A stretch of 64,000 nucleotides of DNA, from NCBI GenBank assembly GCA_965277285.1, contig OZ255721.1, positions 2,240,001 to 2,304,000 on the forward strand, read 5' to 3'. This DNA is from Abditibacteriaceae bacterium. Its GTDB lineage: Bacteria > Armatimonadota > Abditibacteriia > Abditibacteriales > Abditibacteriaceae. Shown here in pieces: positions 1 through 8,855 of the stretch. The notes beneath the pieces are model-generated. The model ran no database searches. It had not been told where the DNA came from and was given only the letters and a program-made list of their open reading frames with translations. The position numbers and the translations under genes were made by a program. The first letter of the stretch is position 1. Each line of letters starts with the position of its first letter.

Positions 1-1297
1 ACTGGTTTTCGGCAGGAGTCGAGTAAATGGTGGCCAGCGTGGTGTAGTTGCTGCCATCGTTGCTGCCCTGGAACTGGCCACCAACCATCGTGCTTGCGAC
101 ATCCGCACGAGGATAATAACGCGCACTCAATGCAACAGTGCCAGGTGTCGGCGTCGGTGTTGGTGTATCTGTTGGGGTTGATGTGGGAGTTGGCGTTGGC
201 GTCGGTGTATCTGTTGGAGTTGGAGTTGGCGTTGGTGTTGGTTCGGGTGTGACGGGCTGCAATTCGAATGCGCCGATGTCGCTGCCATTGCCATCTGTGG
301 CGTTGGGGATGTTGGGATCGTCGTAAGGTCGCGCCGCGCCGCGCTGATCAGTGGTCAGGCTACTGTTGCCTGCATCAAGGGCCGGGCTGCCCGCCAGCAG
401 CGCCATGGTTTGCGTCGGGCCGCCGTTGTCCTGGAGCGGGCCGAGCTTGAGCGTAGCGGCGTCGACGTCGATGAGGTTGGCGCCGTCGTCGTAGAGCGTG
501 CCGTGGAAGCTGCTGTAATTTGCTTCGTTGATGTTGGCGCCGGTAGGCGCGGTGTTGCCGGAAACGATGGTGTTGGTCAAACGCACTGCTCCTCGACCGA
601 TGTCGATGGCGCCGCCGCTCTCGTCGGCAGAGTTGCCGCTAAAGGTGCAGTTGATCAGCGTGGACGTTCCGGGGTTGTCATACGAGCCGTAGTTCTCCAG
701 CGCGCCGCCATCGCCGGCGCTGTTGCCCGCAAAGGTGCAGTTGGTCGCGGTCAGGGATGCGACGTTGTTAAGGGCGCCGCCGGCGCCGTTCCCCGTGCCG
801 TTGCCGCTGAAGGTGCAGCCGCTCAGCACAAGGTATCCGGAGTTGTCAATCGCGCCGCCGCTCCCGTATGCTCTGAAGCCGTTGGATAACGTGAGGTTGG
901 ACAGGCCCAGCGACGCGCCTTCATTCACGCTGATAATCCCGAATTCGTTGTCGGCGTCTTGTCCGCTGCCGCTGATGGTGACGCCGCCCGTCGTCGGGCC
1001 GGTGATGCTGATGGGAGTACTCACAGCGGGCAGTTCGTCTTGCAACTGAATGGTTTGCGCGCCGCTGCCGGGCAGGTTGAAAGTGATGTAGCTGTCGTCG
1101 GAGTTGGCGTTGGCGGCGTTGATCGCTTCGCGCAGCGTGCAATCGGTCGTGCCGCAAACGCCGTCGTCGTGGTCGTCGGTTTTGTTGACGGTGAGCGTGC
1201 TGCCGCTTTGCGGCGTGTCAGTCGTTTGTGCGTGCGCCGAAGCCGCACACAAAAACAGCAAAAAAAAGGCGAAAAACCTGGAAAACCTGTTCATCAT
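1..1297 (-). CDS. Secreted CSLREA-domain / beta-helix / choice-of-anchor Q protein with Pro-Thr linker (partial, runs off window start)
   Basis: Not in the ORF track because it has no stop in the window. Manual translation from ATG 1297 gives a signal peptide (MMNRFSRFFAFFLLFLCAASAHAQ), VNKTDDHDDGVCGTTDCTLREAI, NCTFSGN repeats, LGPLQDNGGPTQTMALLAGSPALDAG...DQRG...DIGAFE, a (PT)n linker, then FQGSNDGSNYTTL (discoidin-like). Confidence 0.85.
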   Translation of the reverse strand, partial: MMNRFSRFFAFFLLFLCAASAHAQTTDTPQSGSTLTVNKTDDHDDGVCGTTDCTLREAINAANANSDDSYITFNLPGSGAQTIQLQDELPAVSTPISITGPTTGGVTISGSGQDADNEFGIISVNEGASLGLSNLTLSNGFRAYGSGGAIDNSGYLVLSGCTFSGNGTGNGAGGALNNVASLTATNCTFAGNSAGDGGALENYGSYDNPGTSTLINCTFSGNSADESGGAIDIGRGAVRLTNTIVSGNTAPTGANINEANYSSFHGTLYDDGANLIDVDAATLKLGPLQDNGGPTQTMALLAGSPALDAGNSSLTTDQRGAARPYDDPNIPNATDGNGSDIGAFELQPVTPEPTPTPTPTPTDTPTPTPTPTSTPTDTPTPTPTPGTVALSARYYPRADVASTMVGGQFQGSNDGSNYTTLATIYSTPAENQ

Positions 1298-1918
1298 AAA
1301 AGTCCTTATCACAAGTTGTGCTCGCCTCAACGAAGGTGCGACAGAACCACAATGAATCGGTTCGAGAGGGCCGGGCGGCGGCGGCCAACACGCTTGTCGA
1401 GTACTCGATAATGCGCCGCGTGAGTATGAGGAAAAAGTTCAGCAGGTTCAATAGGCAGAATTACTTTTTTCCTTACGCCGCTGAAGCGTTAAGCTTTTGT
1501 GTGTCGGACTTTTGGAGACGATTAAAGGGTGATGGCTTGCAGGGTTTAGCGAACCCGAAGCGTGAGAGAGGGAGAAAAAGAGAAGGAAGAAACCGGAAGG
1601 ATGAAGAATCGAGTACTCGATTCGGTTGCAGGTTTAGGCGTGCAAACCTTAACAAGAACAGCGCTCAAGGTATGATAATAAACCCTCAGGAAAAAGAGCG
1701 TACGACTTGGCGTGGTCAAAAGGCCGCTTTGTCGTTCGTTGGTAAATTTCTTCATTTCTTGGAGCGTGTGAATGACCTTATCTCTAAAGTCATCTCAGTT
1801 GGAATTGGAGTGTTTCCTGGTGTTTTTGCCTAAGTTGTCGGCGGCAATTAACCTAAAGCACTGTGTAGTTTGATCATCTTCCCGAACTATCTTAGTGTGA
1901 AACTGAGATTTTGATTGA

Positions 1919-1977
1919 AGAGAAGAAAATTTATAAGAAGTCACATTGCTAAAACCTGTCAAGCCCACGCACAAAAG
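1919..1977 (-). repeat. Left arm of 59-bp imperfect inverted repeat (partner 5068-5126)
   Basis: Its reverse complement matches 5068-5126 at 49/59 positions, ungapped, ending in an identical TATAAATTTTCTTCTCT. Confidence 0.85.
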
Positions 1978-2119
1978 TGCGCCCGTCGAGTACTCGATGC
2001 AGGCGCGCTTTTTATAGTTATGTGAAATGATCCCATCCGCACAGAAAACAACGAGCCGGAAGCTGCTAAAATGACCCTCGGCTTTGAAAGGCGGCTTTCC
2101 GTTTTCTTCCCCCTCGCTG

Positions 2120-3160
2120 ATGAGTACTCTTGTCCCCGCTTTGGAATCACTCGCGCCCGAAGTTCTGGCGCCGATTGCTTGCCCTCTGGCGTCAGAGCAC
2201 CCGCCGTCGGTGTATCTCGCTTCGCTGGCACTGGGCAGCCGCCGCGCGATGACGCAGGCGCTCGACACCATCGCGCAACTTCTCACTGGCGGACGCTGCA
2301 ATGCCGATACGCTGCCCTGGCCCAATCTTCGTTACCAACACACCGCTGCCATTCGCGCAACCTTAGCCGACCGCTACGCCTCCGCCACCGCCAACAAGAT
2401 GCTGGCCGCGCTCAAGGGCGTGCTCAAAGCGGCCTGGCGCCTGGGCCAAATGGACACCGAAAGTTATCTGCGCGCGGTCGATATTTCCTCTGTGCGCGGT
2501 TCGACGCTGCCCCGTGGTCGTGCGCTTGGCGCCGGTGAGATGAGCGCGCTTTTTACCGCCTGCACCTCTGACACCAGCGCACGCGGCGCGCGCGATGCCG
2601 CGCTTTTAGGCGTGTTGTATGGCTCCGGTTTGCGCCGTTCGGAAGCCGTCGCGCTCGATGTGACCGATTACGACATCGAAGCGGGTTCTCTGACGGTGCG
2701 CAGTGGCAAAGGCAACAAGGCGCGCCTGGTTTATGTGGTTGATGGTGCGCGCGAAGCGTTGACCGCGTGGCTGTGCGCGCGAGGACGAAAAAGCGGGCCG
2801 TTGTTTGTGCCGGTCTTTGCTTCGGGTCGCATGAAGGCGCGGCGCTTGAACGATCAGGCGGTGATGGATATTTTGTGCAAGCGCGCCCGCGAAGCGCGCG
2901 TTCAAAACGTTTCGCCGCACGATCTGCGCCGCACCTTTATCAGTAACCTGTTGGGCGCAGGCGCCGATCTGGTGACGGTGCAGAAGATGGCAGGCCATGC
3001 CAACGTGACGACCACGGCGCGCTACGACCGCCGCGATGAGGTCAGCAAGCGCAAAGCCTCGCAACTGATTCATGTTCCGGTCGTGGTCAGCGCGTTGTGG
3101 CTGTCGTCGAGCTGGGCTTTGGAAGTCCTCGATCAGGTGGCGGAGATTTTGCCGTTGTGA
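2120..3160 (+). CDS. Tyrosine recombinase/integrase
   Basis: Full catalytic set: GLRRSE (R), GKGNK (K), PHDLRR (HxxR), AGH (H), TARY (Y). ATG at 2120 preferred over TTG at 2084. Confidence 0.93.
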   Translation: MSTLVPALESLAPEVLAPIACPLASEHPPSVYLASLALGSRRAMTQALDTIAQLLTGGRCNADTLPWPNLRYQHTAAIRATLADRYASATANKMLAALKGVLKAAWRLGQMDTESYLRAVDISSVRGSTLPRGRALGAGEMSALFTACTSDTSARGARDAALLGVLYGSGLRRSEAVALDVTDYDIEAGSLTVRSGKGNKARLVYVVDGAREALTAWLCARGRKSGPLFVPVFASGRMKARRLNDQAVMDILCKRAREARVQNVSPHDLRRTFISNLLGAGADLVTVQKMAGHANVTTTARYDRRDEVSKRKASQLIHVPVVVSALWLSSSWALEVLDQVAEILPL

Positions 3161-3260
3161 GATTTTGTCGTCGTGAAAGGTGGTTGAACTTCTGTGAGAA
3201 GCGCTATTACCATAAACTATCTACCCACTTCTTAAAAGTGGGTAAAATGAACCAAATAGC

Positions 3261-3295
3261 AAAGCGAGTACTCGATTGATTCGAGTACTCGCTTT
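3261..3295. terminator. Hairpin built from two copies of the iterated palindrome
   Basis: AAAGCGAGTACTCGA-TTGAT-TCGAGTACTCGCTTT followed by a T-rich tract, downstream of the integrase. Confidence 0.6.
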
Positions 3296-3372
3296 TTCTT
3301 TTGCCTGCTGAAGCAAAGAAACCTTTGCATTAACCTAAGCCATTAGGTAGAATCGAAGGTGAGGATAACGCT

Positions 3373-3629
3373 ATGGGCAAAGTGCTTTTACAAGATGGCT
3401 ACCGCATTACAATCAACACCAATGACCATAGTCCGCCGCGCACGTCCATGTGTGGAAAAACGATGGCGTGATTGTGGTTTATTTGAACGGTGAAAAAGGC
3501 GATGAAGAGGGCGTTTTGTGGGTACGGGAAACGCGCGACTTGAAAGCGCAAGAAGCGCGTAAAGCGTTAGAACTGGTGCGCGGTAGTCACGCGCAGTGTT
3601 TGGCCAAATGGGAGGAAATTCATGGCTAA
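3373..3629 (+). pseudogene. DUF4160-family toxin, frameshifted
   Basis: MGKVLLQDGYRITINTNDHSPP, then a frame change near 3438, continuing HVHVWKND...LAKWEEIHG*. It has the DHxPPHVH motif and overlaps the start of a DUF2442 gene. Confidence 0.85.
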
Positions 3630-4149
3630 AATTCATCCGTTGCCAGAAGTTACCGATGAAGATCTGGAAGCGGCGAGCCGTCGTGGGCTGGTAAGCAATG
3701 TCGGCGAAGTCCGAGCGACAGCGGCCTGGTACAACGAATCGGCGCAGTTGCTCATCTTGACGTTGCGCGGTGGTCTGACAACATTAATTCCTGTGCGTCT
3801 CTTGCAGGGCGTGGCGGGTGCAGCAGCCAACGACATCGCGCAAGTCGAATTGTGGGGCAGCGGCTCGGCGCTGCATTGGGAAAAGCTCGACGCAGACTTC
3901 AGTGTTCAGGACGTAATTGCCGGAAGTTTCGGGACACGCGCCTGGATGCAGAAATTGGAAGATGGCGGTTTGCTGGACACGGCTTCGGTCAAACGGCGGC
4001 GCGATGTGGATCAACTGCTGGGCGTTTCTGCGGCGCAAATGGGACGCAAAGGCGGCGCGGCGCGCACACCGGCAAAAGCGCTATCATCACGCGTCAACGG
4101 CGCCAAAGGCGGACGGCCTCGCAAAGTCGTGCAAAAGCAAACGGCGTAA
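3622..4149 (+). CDS. DUF2442-family antitoxin
   Basis: LHWEKLDADFSV...FGTRAWM motif and C-terminal NGAKGGRPRK tail; paired with DUF4160. Confidence 0.85.
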   Translation: MAKIHPLPEVTDEDLEAASRRGLVSNVGEVRATAAWYNESAQLLILTLRGGLTTLIPVRLLQGVAGAAANDIAQVELWGSGSALHWEKLDADFSVQDVIAGSFGTRAWMQKLEDGGLLDTASVKRRRDVDQLLGVSAAQMGRKGGAARTPAKALSSRVNGAKGGRPRKVVQKQTA

Positions 4150-4216
4150 CCTTTCCACACGCCCGATCAGTGTGGCTCCCAGTTTGTGCCAATCAGGACT
4201 GCACTCGGAAACAGCA

Positions 4217-4252
4217 AAAAGGCGCTACAGCATTGCCTCTGTAGCGCCTTTT
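4217..4252 (+). terminator. Intrinsic terminator
   Basis: AAAAGGCGCTACAG-8nt-CTGTAGCGCCTTTT after the antitoxin gene. Confidence 0.75.
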
Positions 4253-5067
4253 ATGTTTTGAGTCGAGCACTCGATTACATTGAAACCGATGACCAAAACT
4301 GCTCGCTGTGAGTCAGGACGCTAAAATCTCCTGGCGATTGGTGATGCCATTTTCGTGCATCCAAGAGGCATCTCAAGCTATGTCCCCTTCGCCAAAAAAG
4401 TGCGCAAATATTTTACAAAGTTTTACACATTTCGACTTCAGGAAAATGGCTGTAAGTCCATTTAACCCTTATCCAATAATGCGCAAATGAAACAAAACGC
4501 ACGAAAAAGAAAACGCGTTGTAAAAACTTTTGTGCGTTGGAAAAATCATCCAAATAGACTGCTTTTCGCGGCTTTTCCCATCCCGAAAATAATTCGCAAA
4601 GCGAGAAAAAGTGAGGTGCCGAGAGGTGCCGAATGGATGCTTTCGCTTGCACCGCGTAACGCATGACTGCCTCACTTCGGCGATTGTCCCGACGGTTTGT
4701 ACCGGTCGGTTTGTACCGATCATGCACAAGATGCAGGAAAGACAGACACGAAAAAGCCCTGCGTCAAATACAATCCGGCGCAGGGTACACTCAAGACCCA
4801 TTAACTGCTAATGGTACTGGGGACGGTTTTTCAACCGCCCTGGCCTGTCGCCTCAACCCATCCGAAGCGACTCGCCCGCGTCCTCGATTCAACGACGCTT
4901 TTGTTTCCGCGTATCCTTGCCTTAGCGGGGCAGACCCTTACGAGATAGGCCCGCGCGGGACAACTCTACCAAACAGATTATACGTCTCTGGCATGAAGAT
5001 GAGAATTTTTTAGTCGAACCGATTGACCGATTGCACGAGCAATGAAATCTTTCCATTCCCTAAAAGG

Positions 5068-5126
5068 CTTTGGTGCATGGACTCGACAGGTTGTAGCGTT
5101 GCGACTGCGTATAAATTTTCTTCTCT
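5068..5126 (+). repeat. Right arm of 59-bp imperfect inverted repeat (partner 1919-1977)
   Basis: See left arm. Confidence 0.85.
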
Positions 5127-5181
5127 ATTGAAGAATGGCATACTTTTCGGGGAACAGGTCAAGCACCTCAACAGGGTGAGC

Positions 5182-5340
5182 TGCGGACGGCACTTTCGGG
5201 CGTTGACGATTGTGGATGTGCATAGCAGCGCGTGCCTGGCATTGAAAGTCGATACCAGCTTGAGGGGTGAGCGTGTGGTGAGCGTGCTCGAACGGCTCCG
5301 AGAAACGCGCGAGTTGCCTCAGATCATCCAAACCAACAAT
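5182..5340 (+). pseudogene. IS3-family transposase (rve domain) fragment
   Basis: GRHFRALTIVDVHSSACLALKVDTSLRGERVVSVLERL...LPQIIQTNN resembles the IS3/IS407-group integrase core; the rest is missing. Confidence 0.8.
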
Positions 5341-5410
5341 AGACCCTACATCATTCGTCTTGCGCGCGCACTGTATCAGCCGTTGCAGTCTTGCCCTTAC
5401 ACCTTTTCTC

Positions 5411-6568
5411 TCAGTTTTGTGAGAAAGGTATTGAGAAAAAGAAAGTGCTGCCTATGCCGACTTCGCTTTCGAGCCAGATAGCACCACCGTGTGCTTCGAC
5501 CGCGAGTTTGCAAAAAGTGAGTCCCAAACCAGTCGACATCTTGCGGCCCGCTTTGCGCGATTCGACTTGACCGAACTTTTCAAAAATGCGCTGCTGATCT
5601 TCCAGTGGCACGCCTTCGCCGCTATCTTTGACCCATACGACGATCTCGCTGCCTTCGGACTTCGCGCCCAACACGATAGAGCCGTTGGACGGCGTAAACT
5701 TCAGAGCATTGTTCAACAAATTGATGAGAACGCGGCGCATCAAATCAGCATCGACTTGAACCAACGGCAAGTCATTCGAGTACTCGAATGCGATGCGTGG
5801 TCGATCCTCGTTATATATCAGCACGACTTGTTCGAGCGCTTCTCCAGCGATCTTGGTAATGTCGTTTTCGCGCGTTCGTAACGTCATGCTGCCGTCTTCC
5901 ATTTTGCTGGTGTCGAGCAAATCATTGATCAAATGCAGCAAGCGATGACCGCTGCGCGACGACATCGCCACGATTTCGCGCTGCGTTTCGTTCAAGGTGC
6001 CCAGGCTTTGGGTTTCCAGCATTTCGAGAGGCCCTAAAAGCGTGGTTAGCGGCGTACGTAGATCGTGAACCAACATCGCGGCCAGGTCGTCGCGCAACGC
6101 TTCGGCGCGTTTCAGTTCACTATGTGTGCCCGCCAACTCGTTGTAAGCGCGTTCCAATTCATCGCGCCCGCGCTTGACACGCAACAGAGAACGCACGCGC
6201 GCGATTACTTCCGTGCTATCAACCGGCTTGCTTAAGAAGTCGTCAGCACCCTCTTCAAGGGCGCGCACACGGTCTTCGGTTTCTTGAAGGGCGGTCACCA
6301 TCACGATCTGGAGAGTGCTCGTTTGCGGGTTGGCACGCAGTCGGCGGCACACTTCAAAGCCGTCCATTCCGGGCATCATCACGTCGAGCAGCACGATGTC
6401 GGGCGGATCGGAAAGCACTTTTTCCAACGCTTCCTGTCCGCTTTGTGCCGTCGAGACTTCGTGGCCTGCGTTCCGCAAAATGCGTCCCAACAAACGTACA
6501 TTCGCCGCGATGTCATCGACGACGAGCATTCGTCCGCCTTGTTGTTCTTCTGATGTCAATTCTGCCAT
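5411..6568 (-). CDS. Hybrid receiver-histidine kinase
   Basis: N-terminal REC (LVVDD...LLDVMMPGMDG...KP), H-box HDLRTPL, NALKFT, GLGL. Confidence 0.93.
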   Translation of the reverse strand: MAELTSEEQQGGRMLVVDDIAANVRLLGRILRNAGHEVSTAQSGQEALEKVLSDPPDIVLLDVMMPGMDGFEVCRRLRANPQTSTLQIVMVTALQETEDRVRALEEGADDFLSKPVDSTEVIARVRSLLRVKRGRDELERAYNELAGTHSELKRAEALRDDLAAMLVHDLRTPLTTLLGPLEMLETQSLGTLNETQREIVAMSSRSGHRLLHLINDLLDTSKMEDGSMTLRTRENDITKIAGEALEQVVLIYNEDRPRIAFEYSNDLPLVQVDADLMRRVLINLLNNALKFTPSNGSIVLGAKSEGSEIVVWVKDSGEGVPLEDQQRIFEKFGQVESRKAGRKMSTGLGLTFCKLAVEAHGGAIWLESEVGIGSTFFFSIPFSQN

Positions 6569-6574
6569 AAGAGT

Positions 6575-6982
6575 TTAAGAGCGCAAGTAAACAGCGAGCT
6601 GCTGACCAAACACAGCCGGATCAATCGGTTTAGGAATATGGCCATCGCAACCCGCTTCCAGTGTTTTGTGGCGGTCGGTGTCCATGACCGAAGCCGTCAC
6701 CGCAACAATTGGAATGTCGCACGTTTGTGGATCGGCGCGCAGCAATTTCGTGGCTTCCAGGCCGTCCATCTCGGGCATTTGGATGTCCATTAAAATCATG
6801 TCCGGTTGCTCGTTCTGCGCCATTTCGATTCCCGCTCGCGCACCTTCAGCTTCCAAAATCTGCGCGCCTTCCATCCTCAAAACCGCGCGGAACAAACGCA
6901 TATTTTCTGGAATATCTTCAATAACGAGTACTCGTTTGCCTTCCAACGTGCTTTTGGACGACGCTGCTTCTGGTTTATTCAT
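6575..6982 (-). CDS. Single-domain response regulator (DivK/CheY-like)
   Basis: VLVIED, LMDIQMPEMDG, VTAS, KPID. Confidence 0.93.
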   Translation of the reverse strand: MNKPEAASSKSTLEGKRVLVIEDIPENMRLFRAVLRMEGAQILEAEGARAGIEMAQNEQPDMILMDIQMPEMDGLEATKLLRADPQTCDIPIVAVTASVMDTDRHKTLEAGCDGHIPKPIDPAVFGQQLAVYLRS

Positions 6983-7040
6983 TGGAAATCCACCTTTTGA
7001 TATTCGCTCGCACCGTGCTCATGCGCCTTTAGATCTTTGC

Positions 7041-8729
7041 TTACTCGTTCTCTTCAACTTCTTCATCCAAAATCAGCGGCAAGCTAAACGAGAATGTGCT
7101 GCCTTCGTTGGGCACCGTTTGTAGCCAGATTTCGCCGCCATGCAATTGGACGATGCGACGTGTCAACGCCAACCCCAAACCGGTGCCTTGCTGTTGACGC
7201 GCATAGGAACTATCGACTTGCTCGAACGCGCTAAAGACGCGCTCCTGGTCTTCGGGCTGAATGCCGATGCCGCTGTCTTTCACGGAAATCACGATACGTT
7301 TGTCCTCGCGCTCATCGTCCAAGCGCGCGATCACCGAAATCGTGCCGTTGTCAGGCGTGAATTTGACGGCGTTCGAGAGAAGGTTATACATGATTTGCTT
7401 GACTTTTCGTTGATCGGCGACCAGTGGTGGCAAATCAAGTACTCGATCTTCAAAATCTGTGGTCAAGGCCAAATTATGCGCCTGCGCGTTTTCGCGCACA
7501 ATCGTCAGGCTTTGTTCCAACAGTTCCGACAAGACAAAAGGCGCGGCGTGGAGAACCAGTTTTCCCGCTTCGATTTTGGCGATGTCCAAAATGTCGTTGA
7601 TGAGTTGCAGCAAGTGCTCGGCTCCTTGCACGACATCATTCATGTAATCTTTCTGATCGTCGTTGAGCGGGCCAACGCGCGGATCCAACAGCAGCTTGCT
7701 GAAACCGATGATAGCGTTCAACGGCGTGCGCAATTCATGGCTGACACTGGAGATAAACTCGCTTTTGGCGAGGTTCGCACGTTCGGCTTCATCGCGTGCG
7801 TTTTCGGCTTCCTCGCGCGCCAGCACAAGCGAGAATTCGGCTTTTTTGCGCTCGGAAATATCGCGCACGACAGCAACGAAGCGGCTCGATTTGTCGTTGA
7901 GCACGATAAATTGCAGCGAAACTTCGACGGGAAAAAGGTCGCCCTCTTTGCGGCGGTACCTCGTTTCGTAAGTGTGCGCCGTGATGCGCCCATCGCGCGC
8001 TGGTTCTTTCAAAGGCTCCAGCATGGCGCGAAAACTGGCTTCATCGAATTCGTCGCCCATGTTGAGCGGCGTCATTTCGAGCATTTCTTGGCGGTCGAAT
8101 CCCAATTGCTGAAGCGCGCCTTGGTTGACATAAGAAAATTTCAAAGTTTCCGGATCGAACATCCACACGCAATCGAGAGTGAGATCGAGAGTTCTCTTGA
8201 AGCTGGCCAACTGCGCTTCCGATGCTTTCAAATCTTCCGCGTGACGTCGTTCAACATCGCGTTCGCGTCGCGTCGCTTCCAGTTCGAGTTCACGATGCTC
8301 GGTTTGCCTTAATAATTCCGCTTGCTCTTTGATTTGCTCGCCTTTTTTCCACAGCTCGACAAAAACTAAAACTTTGGATAGCAAAATATCGGCATTGAAG
8401 GGCTTGGCGATATAATCGACGGCGCCCGCCGTATAACCCTGAAAAATGTAGCGTTCGTCTTTGCTGATCGCCGTTACAAAAATAATCGGGATGTGCTTTG
8501 TTTTGTCGCGCTCCTTGATCAAGGTCGCGGTTTCAAAACCGTCCATGCCGGGCATTTGAACATCCAGCAAAATCAAGGCGAAATCGTGCTGCAATAATTG
8601 CTTCAAGGCTTCGCGCCCCGAACCCGCGCGCACCAAATTCTGCCCCAAAGGCGACAAAATCGCGTCCAAAGCAAATAAGTTTTCGGGACGGTCGTCCACC
8701 ATCAAAATGTTGGCTATATGTTCAGGCAT
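7041..8729 (-). CDS. REC-PAS-histidine kinase
   Basis: ILMVDDRPENL receiver, a PAS domain, [21 protein letters not shown]. Start taken at MPEHIAN (8729). Confidence 0.92.
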   Translation of the reverse strand: MPEHIANILMVDDRPENLFALDAILSPLGQNLVRAGSGREALKQLLQHDFALILLDVQMPGMDGFETATLIKERDKTKHIPIIFVTAISKDERYIFQGYTAGAVDYIAKPFNADILLSKVLVFVELWKKGEQIKEQAELLRQTEHRELELEATRRERDVERRHAEDLKASEAQLASFKRTLDLTLDCVWMFDPETLKFSYVNQGALQQLGFDRQEMLEMTPLNMGDEFDEASFRAMLEPLKEPARDGRITAHTYETRYRRKEGDLFPVEVSLQFIVLNDKSSRFVAVVRDISERKKAEFSLVLAREEAENARDEAERANLAKSEFISSVSHELRTPLNAIIGFSKLLLDPRVGPLNDDQKDYMNDVVQGAEHLLQLINDILDIAKIEAGKLVLHAAPFVLSELLEQSLTIVRENAQAHNLALTTDFEDRVLDLPPLVADQRKVKQIMYNLLSNAVKFTPDNGTISVIARLDDEREDKRIVISVKDSGIGIQPEDQERVFSAFEQVDSSYARQQQGTGLGLALTRRIVQLHGGEIWLQTVPNEGSTFSFSLPLILDEEVEENE

Positions 8730-8764
8730 AAAGAAAGATTCAATATCGAGTACTCGATTGACCA

Positions 8765-8848
8765 AACGAAGCCTGAGCGTAAGCGGCTGGTGAACTATCA
8801 CTGACGTGAAACTGATAATTCACTCGTCGCTTATGCTCAGGCTTCGTT
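8765..8848. repeat. REP-like inverted repeat (family also at about 23738-23764 and 1548-1572)
   Basis: AACGAAGCCTGAGCGTAAGCG...CGCTTATGCTCAGGCTTCGTT; related GAACCCCGTCGCTTACGCTCAGGGTTC at 23738. Confidence 0.6.
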
Positions 8849-8855
8849 CGCCAAA

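Noticed and set aside
2120..3160. Integron integrase or prophage integrase
   Set aside because: No IntI-specific insertion is evident, and there is no cassette array, phage gene or adjacent tRNA that I can recognise.
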